Shown: piece after piece, positions 12,801-24,677 of the stretch
How positions within the stretch are numbered: the first letter of the stretch is position 1
Layout of the letters: every line of letters begins with the position of its first letter
Source of the DNA: Macrostomum lignano
Lineage: Eukaryota
Reading direction: 5' to 3'
DNA length: 64,000 nt
Assembly: GCA_002269645.1 (NCBI GenBank)
Contig: NIVC01001776.1
Location: 139,201 to 203,200 of the forward strand
Position numbers and translations under genes: made by a program
Notes under the pieces: model-generated
What the model saw: only the letters and a program-made list of their open reading frames with translations
Told to the model about the DNA's origin: nothing
The model's database searches: none

Positions 12801-15800
12801 AGCTACTGTAAGGATGGCGCCAAAGCTACTGCAAGGATGGCGCCAAAGCTACTGTAAGGGTGGCGCTAAAGCTACTGTAAGGGTGGCGCCAAAGCTACTG
12901 TAAGGATGGCGCCAAAGCTACTGCAAGGTGGCGCCAAAGCTACTGTAAGGGTGGCGCCAAAGCTACTGTAAGGGTGGCGCCAAAGCTACTGTAAGGATGG
13001 CGCTAAAGCTACTGTAAGGATGGCGCCAAAGCTACTGCAAGGTGGCGCCAAAGCTACTGTATGGGTGGCGCCAAAGCTACTGTAAGGGTGGCGCCAAAGC
13101 TACTGTAAGGATGGCGCTAAAGCTACTGTAAGGGTGGCGCTAAAGCTACTGTAAGGATGGCGCCAAAGCTACTGCAAGGTGGCGCCAAAGCTACTGTAAG
13201 GGTGGCGCCAAAGCTACTGTAAGGATGGCGCTAAAGCTACTGTAAGGGTGGCGCCAAAGCTACTGTAAGGATGGCGCCAAAGCTACTGTAAGGGTGGCGC
13301 CAAAGCTACTGTAAGGATGGCGCCAAAGCTACTGTAAGGGTGGTGCTAAAGCTACTGTAAGGATGGCGCCAAAGATACTGTAAGGGTGGCGCCAAAGCTA
13401 CTGTAAGGATGGCGCCAAAGCTACTGTAAGGGTGGCGCCAAAGCTACTGTAAGGATGGCGCCAAAGCTACTGTAAGGGTGGTGCTAAAGCTACTGTAAGG
13501 ATGGCGCCAAAGATACTGTAAGGATGGCGCCAAAGCTACTGTAAGGATGGCGCCAAAGCTACTGTACGGTGGCGCAAAAGCTACTGTAAGGATGGCGCCA
13601 AAGCTACTGTAAGGATGGCGCCAAAGCTACTGTAAGGTGGCGCTAAAGCTACTGTAGGGATGGCGCCAAAGCTACTGTAAGGATGGCGCCAAAGATACTG
13701 TAAGGATGGCGCCAAAGCTAGTGTAAGGATGGCGCCAAAGCTACTGTAAGGATGGCGCCAAAGCTACTGTAAGGTGGCGCTAAAGCTACTGTAAGGATGG
13801 CGCCAAAGCTACTGTAAGGATGGCGCCAAAGCTACTGTAAGGTGGCGCTAAAGCTACTGTAAGGATGGCGCCAAAGCTACTGTAAGGATGGCGCCAAAGC
13901 TACTGTAAGGTGGCGCTAAAGCTACTGTAAGGATGGCGCCAAAGCTACTGTAAGGATGGCGCCAAAGATACTGTAAGGATGGCGCCAAAGCTACTGTAAG
14001 GATGGCGCCAAAGCTACTGTAAGGTGGCGCTAAAGCTACTGTAAGGATGGCGCCAAAGCTACTGTAAGGATGGCGCCAAAGATACTGTAAGGATGGCGCC
14101 AAAGCTAGTGTAAGGATGGCGCCAAAGCTACTGTAAGGATGGCGCCAAAGCTACTGTAAGGTGGCGCTAAAGCTACTGTAAGGATGGCGCCAAAGCTACT
14201 GTAAGGATGGCGCCAAAGCTACTGTAAGGTGGCGCTAAAGCTACTGTAAGGATGGCGCTAAAGCTACTGTAAGGATGGCGCTAAAGTTACTGTAAGGATG
14301 GCGCTAAAGTTACTGCCTTTCTACCTGACAAGATGAGCGGCGCTGTGCGGCCGCGAGTTCAGATGGTGCATCTTGTAGTTCATGAAGTTGTCCAGCATCT
14401 CGGTGGAGTTCACCCCGGCAGGACTGCTGGCCGTGCTGGTGACATACGGGTCCGTCCGCCACACCTCAGTGTACACCGTGACGACGTTCACGCCGATTTG
14501 CTTGTAGAACTGCGCGAGTGGTGCGAGGGTTTGGGTAAGATTTTTTGGGGAAGACAGAGGGGGAGACAGAGGGGGAGACAGAGCGGGAGACAGAGAGGGA
14601 GACAGAGGGGGAGACAGAGAGGGAGACAGAGGGGGAGACAGAGAGGAGACAGAGGGGAGACAGAGGGGGAGACAGAGCGGGAGACAGAGGGGGAGACAGA
14701 GGGGGAGACAGAGCGGGAGACAGAGAGGGAGACAGAGGGGGAGACAAAGGGGGAGACGGAGGGGGAGACGGAGGGGGAGACAAAGGGGGAGACAGAGGGG
14801 AGACAGAGGGGGAGACAAAGGGGGAGACAGAGGGGGAGACAGAGGGGGAGACAGAGGGGGAGACAGAGGGGAAGACAGAGGGGAAGACAGAGGGGAAGAC
14901 AGAGCGGGAGACAGAGGGGAGACAGAGGGGGAGACAGAGCGGGAGACAGAGAGGGAGACAGAGGGGGAGACAAAGGGGGAGACGGAGGGGGAGACAGAGG
15001 GGAGACAAAGGGGGAGACAAAGGGGGAGACAGAGCGGGAGACAGAGGGGAGACAGAGGGGGAGACAGAGGGGGAGACAGAGGGGAGACAGAGGGGGAGAC
15101 AAAGGGGGAGACAGAGGGGGAGACAGAGGGGGAGACAGAGGGGGAGACAGAGGGGGAGACAGAGGGGGAGACAAGGGGGAGAGAGAGGGGAGACAGAGGG
15201 GAGACAGAGGGGGAGACCGAGGGGAGACAGAGGGGAGACAGAGGGGAGACAGAGGGGGAGACAGAGGGGGGACAGAGGGGGAGACAGAGGGGGAGACAGA
15301 GAGGGAGACAGAGGGAAGACAGAGGGGAGACAGAGGGAGAGACAGAGGGGGAGACAGAGGTAGGCAAAAGAGAGGAAGCCAGAAGAAGGGATTAGAAGCA
15401 AAAGCCGTAAATCAAAGGCTCACGCGGATGCTTACGCAGACACACACACACACACACTTGCAAGGGTGTACAGCGGCATTGACTTTCACATCGATAAGCA
15501 GTGGGCGCACTCTGAACTCCAAGAATCCAGGGAAAGACAATTTGCTCACAGCATTGACATAGTTGCCGATCTCCCACAGCCGGCTCACAGCGGCGGCCGA
15601 ATCGTTGCCCTGCTGCGAGTACTGAAATCGGCAGGTTGATTTCATAACTACCCCCTTGCCAACTAAAACTCAAAAAATGAAAAAGTGCAAGTACTCATAA
15701 ATGCATCGATCCGCTTACAAAGTACTGATCTCCAACCAGGATAAGTCTGATGTACTTTCGATCCGTCTCCGCGGCGCCGGAGTTCGTGTCCAGCAGCACC

Positions 15801-17719
15801 GCCCGCCGCAGTCTGGATTGCGGCGACGGCCACAGCGGCGAGGAGGCGACGTCCGGGTGTCCAGAGCCGGAGGCGAGGCCGCACTTCCGAGGCTGCGACG
15901 GGATGACGGAGGCTGAGAACAGACTCGAGCTGGTTGGCTGGGGCTGCATCTCGTACATCCGGCTGCCGTACTGGAAGCTGCCGCTGAAATTCACATCCCG
16001 ATTGGAGTTTGGCTTCAGTTTTGAATCCCAGAGTGACATCTGCATAGCAACAACGCCTCGCTTACCTGAGTGAGTTGCCCCTCTGCACTGCCGCTGCCAT
16101 CTGCGACTCGTCAGTGCTGAGGCTGCCCTGGTAGAAGCAGATCTCAGTGTCCGGCTTCGCGTCTTCGTGCAGAAACTCTCTGAAAATTTTTGAGACAGTC
16201 AGTCAGTCAGTCAGTCAGTCAGTCAGTCAGTCAGTCAGTCAGTCAGTCAGTCAGTCAGTCAGTCAGTCAGTCAGTCAGTCAGTCAGTCAGTCAGTCAGTC
16301 AGTCAGTCAGTCAGTCAGTCAGTCAGTCAGTCAGTCAGTCAGTCAGTCAGTCAGTCAGTCAGTCAGTCAGTCAGTCAGTCAGTCAGTCAGTCAGTCAGTC
16401 AGTCAGTCAGTCAGTCAGTCAGTCAGTCAGTCAGTCAGTCAGTCAGTCAGTCAGTCAGTCAGTCAGTCAGTCAGTCAGTCAGTCAGTCAGTCAGTCAGTC
16501 AGTCAGTCAGTCAGTCAGTCAGTCAGTCAGTCAGTCAGTCAGTCAGTCAGTCAGTCAGTCAGTCAGTCAGTCAGTCAGTCAGTCAGTCAGTCAGTCAGTC
16601 AGTCAGTCAGTCAGTCAGTCAGTCAGTCAGTCAGTCAGTCAGTCAGTCAGTCAGTCAGTCAGTCAGTCAGTCAGTCAGTCAGTCAGTCAGTCAGTCAGTC
16701 AGTCAGTCAGTCAGTCAGTCAGTCAGTCAGTCAGTCAGTCAGTCAGTCAGTCAGTCAGTCAGTCAGCCAGTTAGTCAGTCAGTCAGTCAGTCAGTCAGTC
16801 AGTCAGTCAGTCAGTCAGTCAGTCAGTCAGTCAGTCAGTCAGTCAGTCAGTCAGTCAGTCAGTCAGTCAGTCAGTCAGTCAGTCAGTCAGTCAGTCAGTC
16901 AGTCAGTCAGTCAGTCAGTCAGTCAGTCAGTCAGTCAGCCAGTAGTCAGTCAGTCAGTCAGTCAGTCAGTCAGTCAGTCAGTCAGTCAGTCAGTCAGTCA
17001 GTCAGTCAGTCAGTCAGTCAGTCAGTCAGTCAGTCAGTCAGTCAGTCAGTCAGTCAGTCAGTCAGTCAGTCAGCCAGTTAGTCAGTCAGTCAGTCAGTCA
17101 GTCAGTCAGTCAGTCAGTCAGTCAGTCAGTCAGTCAGTCAGTCAGTCAGTCAGTCAGTCAGTCAGTCAGTCAGTCAGTCAGTCAGTCAGTCAGTCAGTCA
17201 GTCAGTCAGTCAGTCAGTCAGTCAGTCAGCCAGCCAGTTAGTCAGTCAGTCAGTCAGTCAGTCAGTCAGTCAGTCAGTCAGTCAGTCAGTCAGTCAGTCA
17301 GTCAGTCAGTCAGTCAGTCAGTCAGTCAGTCAGTCAGTCAGTCAGTCAGCCAGTCAGTCAGTCAGTCAGTCAGTCAGCCAGTCAGTCAGTCAGTCAGTCA
17401 GTCAGTCACCTGGATGACTCAGTCAGAGTCAGCTCCACAGGCGACTCCTCCCCAGCAACTGAGACGCGCAGCTGTCGCCGCTCCGGACACGGGGCTCTTA
17501 GCTGACTGGGTTGGAATTTCAACGAGTCTAAAAATTGCGATGCAGTTTAACAGTGGAAAATTCCGTACAAAACAAATTGCTTGAGTCTGACAAAATTCAA
17601 AAATAGTTTTCATCACTCTTACAGTCAGCTGTCGGCCTGGATGCAGCTTGAAGATGTTGCTGGGACAGCAGCACCAGCAGCTGAAGCAGAAACAGTCGCC
17701 AACAGTTCCTGTGGCGCAT
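6898..17719 (-). CDS. ADAM-family zinc metalloprotease (~1051 aa, 14 exons): signal peptide, prodomain, reprolysin, disintegrin, Cys-rich, EGF, Thr-rich stalk, hydrophobic C-terminal tail
   Basis: Exons, all GT-AG and phase-consistent: 17623-17719, 17410-17527, 16066-16179, 15719-15983, 15550-15621, 14325-14509, 12557-12641, 12257-12399, 11411-11591, 10451-10681, 9494-9684, 8454-8670, 8088-8253, 6898-7988 (total 3156 nt). Motifs: [18 protein letters not shown] (signal), CFYQG (prodomain), RLRR (furin site), [22 protein letters not shown] (zinc site), CIM (Met-turn), [15 protein letters not shown] and CDLEEYCNG (disintegrin), [19 protein letters not shown]...[12 protein letters not shown] (EGF). 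Confidence 0.93.
6990..7975 (-). repeat. Coding Thr/Pro-rich mucin-like repeat ([10 protein letters not shown]) in the last ADAM exon
   Basis: In frame with the upstream EGF exon through the acceptor at 7989-7990, and stays open to the TAA at 6898-6900. Confidence 0.85.
8785..9450. repeat. 22-bp minisatellite (GATGATTCTGGGGTTTGGGATT) in ADAM intron 11
   Basis: Tandem units are visible directly. Confidence 0.95.
9790..10435. repeat. Degenerate 8-bp repeat (TGGGTCAT/TGGGTCAA) in ADAM intron 10
   Basis: Tandem units are visible directly. Confidence 0.9.
10730..11385. repeat. 16-18 bp minisatellite (ATATCCCTATCCTACA) in ADAM intron 9
   Basis: Tandem units are visible directly. Confidence 0.95.
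11655..12220. repeat. 15-bp repeat (GCTGGGTCAAGGGGT) grading into a longer unit containing ATAATCCTAGATGAAGAT, ADAM intron 8
   Basis: Tandem units are visible directly. Confidence 0.9.
12780..14315. repeat. 22-23 bp minisatellite (GGATGGCGCCAAAGCTACTGTAA) in ADAM intron 6
   Basis: Tandem units are visible directly and highly homogeneous. Confidence 0.97.
14549..15360. repeat. 11-12 bp purine-rich repeat (GGGGGAGACAGA) in ADAM intron 5
   Basis: Tandem units are visible directly. On the gene's sense strand this is an almost pure pyrimidine tract. Confidence 0.95.
16197..17408. repeat. (AGTC)n microsatellite, ~1.2 kb, filling ADAM intron 2
   Basis: Near-perfect tetranucleotide array with a few AGCC/AGTT variants. 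Confidence 0.99.
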
Positions 17720-18141
17720 TTCTTCGACTTTGCTTTGCAGAGTGCAGGTGAGAAAAAAGTAGACACTGAACGCTCTCTGCAGTTTTCCTACCCGTCTAGC
17801 TCGTAAGTTTGTTTTTCTATCTTATTTTTATATTCTATTTAGCATTTCGAAAGCGCTTCATGAAAAAAACCTGTTCTGCTTAGCTGAGGCAGCAGCTTCG
17901 CCATTGTTCGCAATTAATCCATCGCGTTCCGCCCGACCCTCTCTCTCCTTTCTTCTTACTAGTCCGAAGCGAGTTCCGGTTGTAGCTGGTGATGGCGCAG
18001 GCCAAGGAGTCCCTGAACAGAATCTGGGATTGCCAAAATCCTAGTCTCTTCTCAGCTCTCCTCTCTCTAATCTCCCTAGCTTCTCTCTTATCTGTTCTTT
18101 CCTTTAATCTCTTATCTAATATCTATTCTCCCCGGCTCTCT

Positions 18142-18390
18142 AAAGGTCGGGGGCTCGATTCTCGAGCCAATCGGAACAATTTGTGTCCTTGAGCAAGACA
18201 TTTAACTCAGCATTGCTTCAGTTCACCCAGCTGTAAATTGAGGATGCGTGGCGACCCCCCCCCAGTCCTTGGTACTGAATAGCTGTACGCAGCCTTCAGA
18301 TTCGCCGCGTACATGCAATAGCTGCGGCTGAGCTGTCGGTTGCACATCAGGCTGGTGCAATCAATTATTATCAAAATGATAATTATTAAT
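18142..18390 (+). mobile_element. 5'-truncated tRNA-derived SINE with a CORE-like central domain
   Basis: A B-box-like GGCTCGATTCTC is followed by TGTGTCCTTGAGCAAGACATTTAACTC...CAGTTCACCCAGCTGTAAA and an AAT-rich tail. It is homologous to the copy at 34150-34465. Confidence 0.7.
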
Positions 18391-18994
18391 CTCAACACTC
18401 TCGCCTCTCCATACCTCCTTTTCAGTTTGGCAACCCGGTCACAGTCATTAAATGACTGACACGCTGAACCAAGTCCGAGTTTATGATAACTTCAAAAATC
18501 CAGATTCCGGTTCCGGTCTCCATGTGCTATACGCATTATGCAGAATAAGGTACAGAGTTGGCCCCTTGCCGACGCACGCAATCTGCACTTTGCGAAAGGC
18601 AGCCACCCAGCGAGCAAATTGCTTTCTCTCTGCTCTTCTCTCCAGCACATCAAGCAGAGCCGAAAGATGAGCTTGAAAGTTCTCCAAACACTTTTAACTG
18701 TGTGTAGGGTGCGGCTGGCTCTGAGCACAGGCTCTATTTATAAACCAGTCTGTTGGCAAAGCAGCCAGTATACTTTTCTGCAAACAAAAACACAATACCT
18801 AGTTTAATAGCTCCACTGAGCAGTGGCTTTGTTTCAAGTAACAAACCTCACATCAGTATTGATAAGTGTAAATGCATGCCTCTACTGAAGGTCCATTCCT
18901 TTGAATTAATGCATTCTGCAGCATTCGAGCATTTTAAATTGAATTTAAATTTAAACATTGCATTGGCCTCCGTTCTAACCAGATTCTTGTAAGT

Positions 18995-20425
18995 CACGAC
19001 TCACTGATGCAGTGGGTGGGGAGACAGGGGTCACTGATGCATCTGGGGATGGGAAGGCATGGGTCACTGATGCATCTGGGGATGGGAAGGCAGGGGTCAC
19101 TGATGCAACTGGGGAGGGGAAGGCAGGGTTCACTGATGCATCTGAGGATGGGGAGACAGGGGTCACTGGTGCATCTGGGAAGGGGGAGACAGGGGTCACT
19201 GATGCAACTGGGGAAGGGAAGGCAGGGGTCACTGATGCATCTGGGGAAGGGAAGGCAGGGGTCACTGGTGCAACTGGGAAGGGAAGGCAGGGGTCACTGA
19301 TGCATGTGGGGATGGGGAGGCAGGGGTCACTGGTGCAACTGGGAAGGGGGAGGCAGGGGTCACTGATGCATGTGGGGATGGGGAGGCAGGGGTCACTGGT
19401 GCAACTGGGAAGGGCAGGCAGGGGTCACAGTGAAGTATCTGGGGAGGGGAAGGCAGGGGTCACTAGTGCAACTGAGAAGGGGGAGACAGGGGTCTCTGGT
19501 GCATCTGGGAAGGGGGAGGCAGGGGTCACTGATGCATCTGGGGATGGGGAGACAGGGGTCACAGTGAAGTATCTGGGGAGGGGAAGGCAGGGGTCACTGG
19601 TGCAACTGAGAAGGGGGAGACAGGGGTCTCTGGTGCATCTGGGAAGGGGGAGACAGGGGTCACTGGTGCAACTGGGAAGGGGGAGGCAGGGGTCACAGTG
19701 AAGTAACTGGGGAGGGGAAGGCAGGGGTAGGGGTCACTGGTGCAACTGGGAAGGGGGAGACAGGGGTCACTGGTGCAACTGGGAAGGGGGAGACAGGGGT
19801 CACTGGTGCAACTGGGAAGGGGGAGGCAGGGGTCACTGATGCATCTGGGAAGGGGGAGGCAGGGATCACTGATGCATGTGGGGATGGGGAGGCAGGGGTC
19901 ACAGTGAAGTATCTGGGGAGGGGAAGGCAGGGGTCACTGGTGCAACTGAGAAGGGGGAGACAGGGGTCTCTGGTGCATCTGGGAAGGGGGAGACAGGGGT
20001 CACTGGTGCAACTGGGAAGGGGGAGGCAGGGGTCACAGTGAAGTAACTGGGGAGGGGAAGGCAGGGGTAGGGGTCACTGGTGCAACTGGGAAGGGGGAGA
20101 CAGGGGTCACTGGTGCAACTGGGAAGGGGGAGACAGGGGTCACTGGTGCAACTGGGAAGGGGGAGGCAGGGGTCACTGATGCATCTGGGAAGGGGGAGGC
20201 AGGGATCACTGATGCATGTGGGGATGGGGAGGCAGGGGTCACTGGTGCAACTGGGAAGGGGGAGGCAGGGGTCACAGTGAAGGATCTGGGGAGGGGAAGG
20301 CAGGGGTCACTGGTGCAACTGGGAAGGGGGAGACAGGGGTCACTGGTGCAACTGGGAAGGGGGAGGCAGGGGTCACTGATGCATCTGGGGATGGGGAGGC
20401 AGGGGTCACAGTGAAGTATCTGGAT
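18995..20425. repeat. ~30-bp G-rich minisatellite (GGGAAGGGGGAGACAGGGGTCACTGGTGCAACT)
   Basis: Tandem units are visible directly, with an internal higher-order duplication. Confidence 0.95.
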
Positions 20426-20607
20426 ACCGCCGGTGTAAAAAATAAAAAAATGTACAAATATCAATGCATTTTTGTTGTAATATAAAAGCTTCAAAATCGA
20501 TTGCGATAAATTGGAAACAAAATTATTTATGTTTTTAATCGAATTAGTATTGAGCACGATTGATAATGAGAGTTCTAAAAATAGTCTACATGCATCTTAA
20601 GATGATT

Positions 20608-21225
20608 TCAATCAGTGACGATGTCATCAAGCGGCTGGTCAGAGTCGCCGGTGGGCACGGAGTCGACCAGCTGGTCGCTGAAGGCGATGGCCACGGCGGC
20701 GCAGGCGGGGTTGGCGGCGCGGGCCCTGGCCAGGTAGCGGTCATAGTAGCCCATGCCCCGGCCCAGCCGCGCCCCGTCAGCTTGGCAGAATGCCAGGCCT
20801 GGTACTATAATGAGATCCAGCCCGCCGTTCTCCAGGCCCTCCTCCCTGGCGGGCGACCCGGGTTCGAGTCCCGGCTGCCGGATGCCCCACTTGGTGACTG
20901 GCAGCGAGGCCAGGTCCTCTCGGCCGGACACAGCCAGCATCTCCATGCCGCCGCCGCGGCTGTACCTCGGCACGAACAGCCGGCGGCCGCTATTGAAAAT
21001 GTCGGCCACAATGCCGGCCGTGTCGACCTCCTCCGGCATGCTCAGGTAGACGCTGATCCGCTTAGCCGAGCGGTACCGATCGCTGGCCAGCAGCTTCTGG
21101 ACAATGATGCCGGATTTTGAGCTGCGCTGCTCAGCTGATAGGGCGGCCAGGCGCGACTTGATGAGGCTGCGAAGCTGCGATTTGGCAGCTTTCACTGCGG
21201 CGGCAGCTGTTGGGCTGGAGGACAT
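20608..21225 (-). CDS. MTHFS: 5-formyltetrahydrofolate cyclo-ligase (methenyltetrahydrofolate synthetase), intronless, 205 aa
   Basis: Family motifs KSQLRSLI, ISVYLSMPEEVDT, LFVPR, DLIIVPGLAF, RLGRGMGYYDRYL and DQPLDDIVT. The ORF is complete. Confidence 0.95.
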   Translation of the reverse strand: MSSSPTAAAAVKAAKSQLRSLIKSRLAALSAEQRSSKSGIIVQKLLASDRYRSAKRISVYLSMPEEVDTAGIVADIFNSGRRLFVPRYSRGGGMEMLAVSGREDLASLPVTKWGIRQPGLEPGSPAREEGLENGGLDLIIVPGLAFCQADGARLGRGMGYYDRYLARARAANPACAAVAIAFSDQLVDSVPTGDSDQPLDDIVTD

Positions 21226-21334
21226 TGGTTGGCTGCGGAGGGGTTGCGCAACTCTAGTGGAAATTCCGTGGGCTGCCCGGAAGATTTTGAAGGGTGAGAA
21301 TTCAAAAATCCTGCAGTTTCCTAAATACCTGCCT

Positions 21335-22397
21335 CTGAGAAGGCGCCACTGTCTCTTAAGTGAGCACCCCTTGTTTCTTAGGCGAGCACCCCCTGTCTCT
21401 TAGGCGAGCACCCCCTGTCTCTTAAGTGAGCCTCAACTGTCTCTTAGGTGAGCACCACTTGTCTCTTAGGTGAGCCTCTCAACTGTCTCTTAGGTGAGCA
21501 CCACTTGTCTTTTAGGTGAGCCTCAACTGTCTCTTAGGTGAGCACCACTTGTCTTTTAGGTGAGCCTCAACTGTCTCTTAGGTGAGCACCACTTGTCTTT
21601 TAGGTGAGCCTCAACTGTCTCTTAGGTGAGCACCACTTGTCTTTTAGGTGAGCCTCAACTGTTTCTTAGGTGAGCACCCCTGTCTCATAGGTGAGCTTCA
21701 ACTGTCTCTTAAGTGAGCACCACTTGTCTTTTAGGTGAGCACCACTTGTCTTTTAGGTGAGCACCACTTGTCTTTTAGGTGAGCACCACTTGTCTTTTAG
21801 GTGAGCCTCAACTGTTTCTTAGGTGAGCACCCCTGTCTCTTAGGCGAGCACCCCTTGTTTCTTAGGTGAGCACCCCTTGTTTCTTAGGTTAGCACCCCTT
21901 GTTTCTTAGGCGAGCACCCCTTGTTTCTTAGGTGAGCACCCCTTGTTTCTTAGGTGAGCACCCCTTGTTTCTTAGGTGAGCACCCCTTGTTTCTTAGGTG
22001 AGCACCCCTTGTTTCTTAGGTGAGCACCTCTTGTTTCTTAGTTGAGCACCCCTTGTTTCTTAGGCGAGCACCCCTTGTTTCTTAGGTGAGCACCCCTGTC
22101 TCATAGGTGAGCCTCAACTGTCTCTTAGGTGAGCCCCCTGTCTCTTTGGCGAGCCCCACTTGTCTCTTAGGTGAGCCCCCTGTCTCTTAGGCGAGCCCCA
22201 CTTGTCTCTTAGGTGAGCCTCAACTGTCTCTTAGGTGAGCCCCCCTGTCTCTTAGGCGAGCTCCACTTGTCTCTTAGGTGAGCCTCAACTGTCTCTTAGG
22301 TGAGCCTCAACTGTCTCTTAGGTGAGCCTCAACTGTCTCTTAGGCGAGCCCCACTTGTCTCTTAGGTGAGCCTCAACTGTCTCTTAGGTGAGCACCC
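21335..22397. repeat. 20-22 bp minisatellite (CTTAGGTGAGCACCCCTTGTTT / CTTAGGTGAGCCTCAACTGTCT)
   Basis: Tandem units are visible directly, immediately upstream of MTHFS. Confidence 0.95.
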
Positions 22398-23119
22398 CCG
22401 GTCCCTCGGTATGCATCGGGTGATGCAGAATCCCGCATGAAAAAACCAGGTCTCTTCCTGTTGTTCTGGCAGGGTACGAGAAGTATCGAATCAGCCGATT
22501 TGAAGACTGCTTCGAGATTCGCTCTCTACCGTCTCTTCAAACTAGATGGCATTAAGCGTAAAATACTACTTTGAGTGTACCAGTAATATCAAGCGTGTAT
22601 AGCTTGAACAAAAGAATTATTACATAAACAGGTACACCCTCGGGATACTTTCAATTTCTGAAGTAACCTAATCGCAAAGGAACCTATGCACAAAATAATG
22701 CTACTAATTTGTAAGTAGTTCAATAACAATTGTATTAAATAATTTAAACTTTTATCAATTTAGTTCAATTATTAGTCCTCCAGGAAACAAAGAAAATTAA
22801 AATTTGCAGAATTTCTGTATTAGATTATTTAGTACATTAATCATTAATTCCAATTCCAACATCAATTTTCTTTATTTACATTTTACTAAAATCAAATTTC
22901 TGAAGTGCGCGCATTTAAATGCAAACAAACAAGACTCGCATTAAAAAAACCTTTAACTTGAATTTGCCTGTTCTCATTGGGTTAATGGATGCAGACACAG
23001 GCACTACAGGCGCGTCTTGACAATCAGCGGAATCGAACTTGGTACCCCTCGGAGACGGGAGTTGAACGCGTGCCAACTCCCGTTGCTGCATTCTGATTTT
23101 TTCTATAATTTTATAAGAG

Positions 23120-24473
23120 GTGCTGCTGCTGCTGACGGTGCAGGAGATGCTGACAGTGCAGGAGGTGATGCTGACGGTGCAGGAGATGCTGACAGTGCAG
23201 GAGGTGATGCTGACGGTGCAGGTGATGCTGACGGTGCAGGAGGTGATGCTGACAGTGCAGGTGATGCTGACGGTGCAGGTGATGCTGACGGTGCAGGAGG
23301 TGATGCTGACGGTGCAGGAGGTGATGCTGACGGTGCAGGAGGTGATGCTGACGGTGCAGGTGATGCTGACGGTGCAGGTGATGCTGACGGTGCAGGAGAT
23401 GCTGACAGTGCAGGAGGTGATGCTGACGGTGCAGGAGGTGATGCTGACAGTGCAGGTGATGCTGACGGTGCAGGAGGTGATGCTGACAGTGCAGGAGGTG
23501 ATGCTGACGGTGCAGGTGATGCTGACGGTGCAGGAGGTGATGCTGACAGTGCAGGTGATGCTGACGGTGCAGGAGGTGATGCTGACGGTGCAGGAGGTGA
23601 TGCCGACAGTGCAGGTGATGCTGACAGTGCAGGTGATGCTGACGGTGCAGGTGATGCTGACGGTGCAGGTGATGCTGACGGTGCAGGTGATGCTGACGGT
23701 GCAGGAGGTGATGCTGACGGTGCAGGTGATGCTGACGGTGCAGGTGATGCTGACAGTGCAGGTGATGCTGACGGTGCAGGTGATGCTGACAGTGCAGGTG
23801 ATGCTGACGGTGCAGGAGGTGATGCTGACAGTGCAGGTGATGCTGACGGTGCAGGTGATGCTGACGGTGCAGGAGGTGATGCTGACGGTGCAGGTGATGC
23901 TGACGGTGCAGGTGATGCTGACAGTGCAGGTGATGCTGACGGTGCAGGTGATGCTGACAGTGCAGGTGATGCTGACGGTGCAGGAGGTGATGCTGACAGT
24001 GCAGGTGATGCCGACGGTGCAGGAGGTGATGCTGACGGTGCAGGAGGTGACGCCGACGGTGCAGGAGGTGATGCTGACGGTGCAGGAGGTGATGCTGACA
24101 GTGCAGATGATGCTGACAGTGCAGGAGGTGATGCTGACGGTGCAGGTGATGCCGACGGTGCAGGAGGTGATGCTGACGGTGCAGGAGGTGATGCTGACGG
24201 TGCAGGAGGTGATGCCGACGGTGCAGGAGGTGATGCTGACGGTGCAGGTGATGCCGACGGTGCAGGAGGTGATGCTGACGGTGCAGGAGGTGATGCTGAC
24301 GGTGCAGGTGATGCCGACGGTGCAGGAGGTGATGCTGACGGTGCAGGAGGTGATGCCGACGGTGCAGGAGGTGATGCCGACGGTGCAGGAGGTGATGCTG
24401 ACGGTGCAGGAGGTGATGCCGACGGTGCAGGAGGTGATGCTGACGGTGCAGGAGGTGATGCTGACGGTGCAGG
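23120..24473. repeat. 18/21-bp minisatellite (GGTGCAGG[AGG]TGATGCTGAC) downstream of the ARMC5-like gene
   Basis: Tandem units are visible directly. Unit lengths are multiples of 3, which produces spurious long ORFs in several frames. Confidence 0.95.
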
Positions 24474-24677
24474 AACCCTGCCAGCAAGGACAGGCGCACA
24501 CTCGGCATTTCGACTGCCTGCTGGCTTTTATAAGGCCTAACAGCAGCAGTCCAGTGTCTTTCTTGCTTCCTTTCATTTCTTTCTGCGAACTGTTTTATCG
24601 GTGTGTCGATTAACAAAAGACTTCCTCACAGAACCTCTTTCCGATGGTCTGAATCTACTGAGACTGATAGAAGTCGC

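Noticed and set aside
14321-17241. Long ORFs (SVSP, RQRG, SQSV repeats)
   Set aside because: These are intronic repeats of the ADAM gene. Only 14325-14509 and the small exons listed above are coding.
17624-18810. Apparent plus-strand splice sites and short ORFs overlapping and upstream of ADAM exon 1
   Set aside because: I could not join them into a phase-consistent open frame. A non-coding antisense transcript cannot be excluded.
22471-22575. Possible plus-strand terminal exon (GTRSIESADLKTASRFALYRLFKLDGIKRKILL)
   Set aside because: No upstream exons or recognisable motif were found.
23017-24616. Four ~500-aa ORFs (Gly-Ala-Asp, His-rich, CTVSIT, MLTVQ) on both strands
   Set aside because: They arise from an 18/21-bp array with no stop codons in several frames. 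There is no unique domain or splice link to the neighbouring genes.
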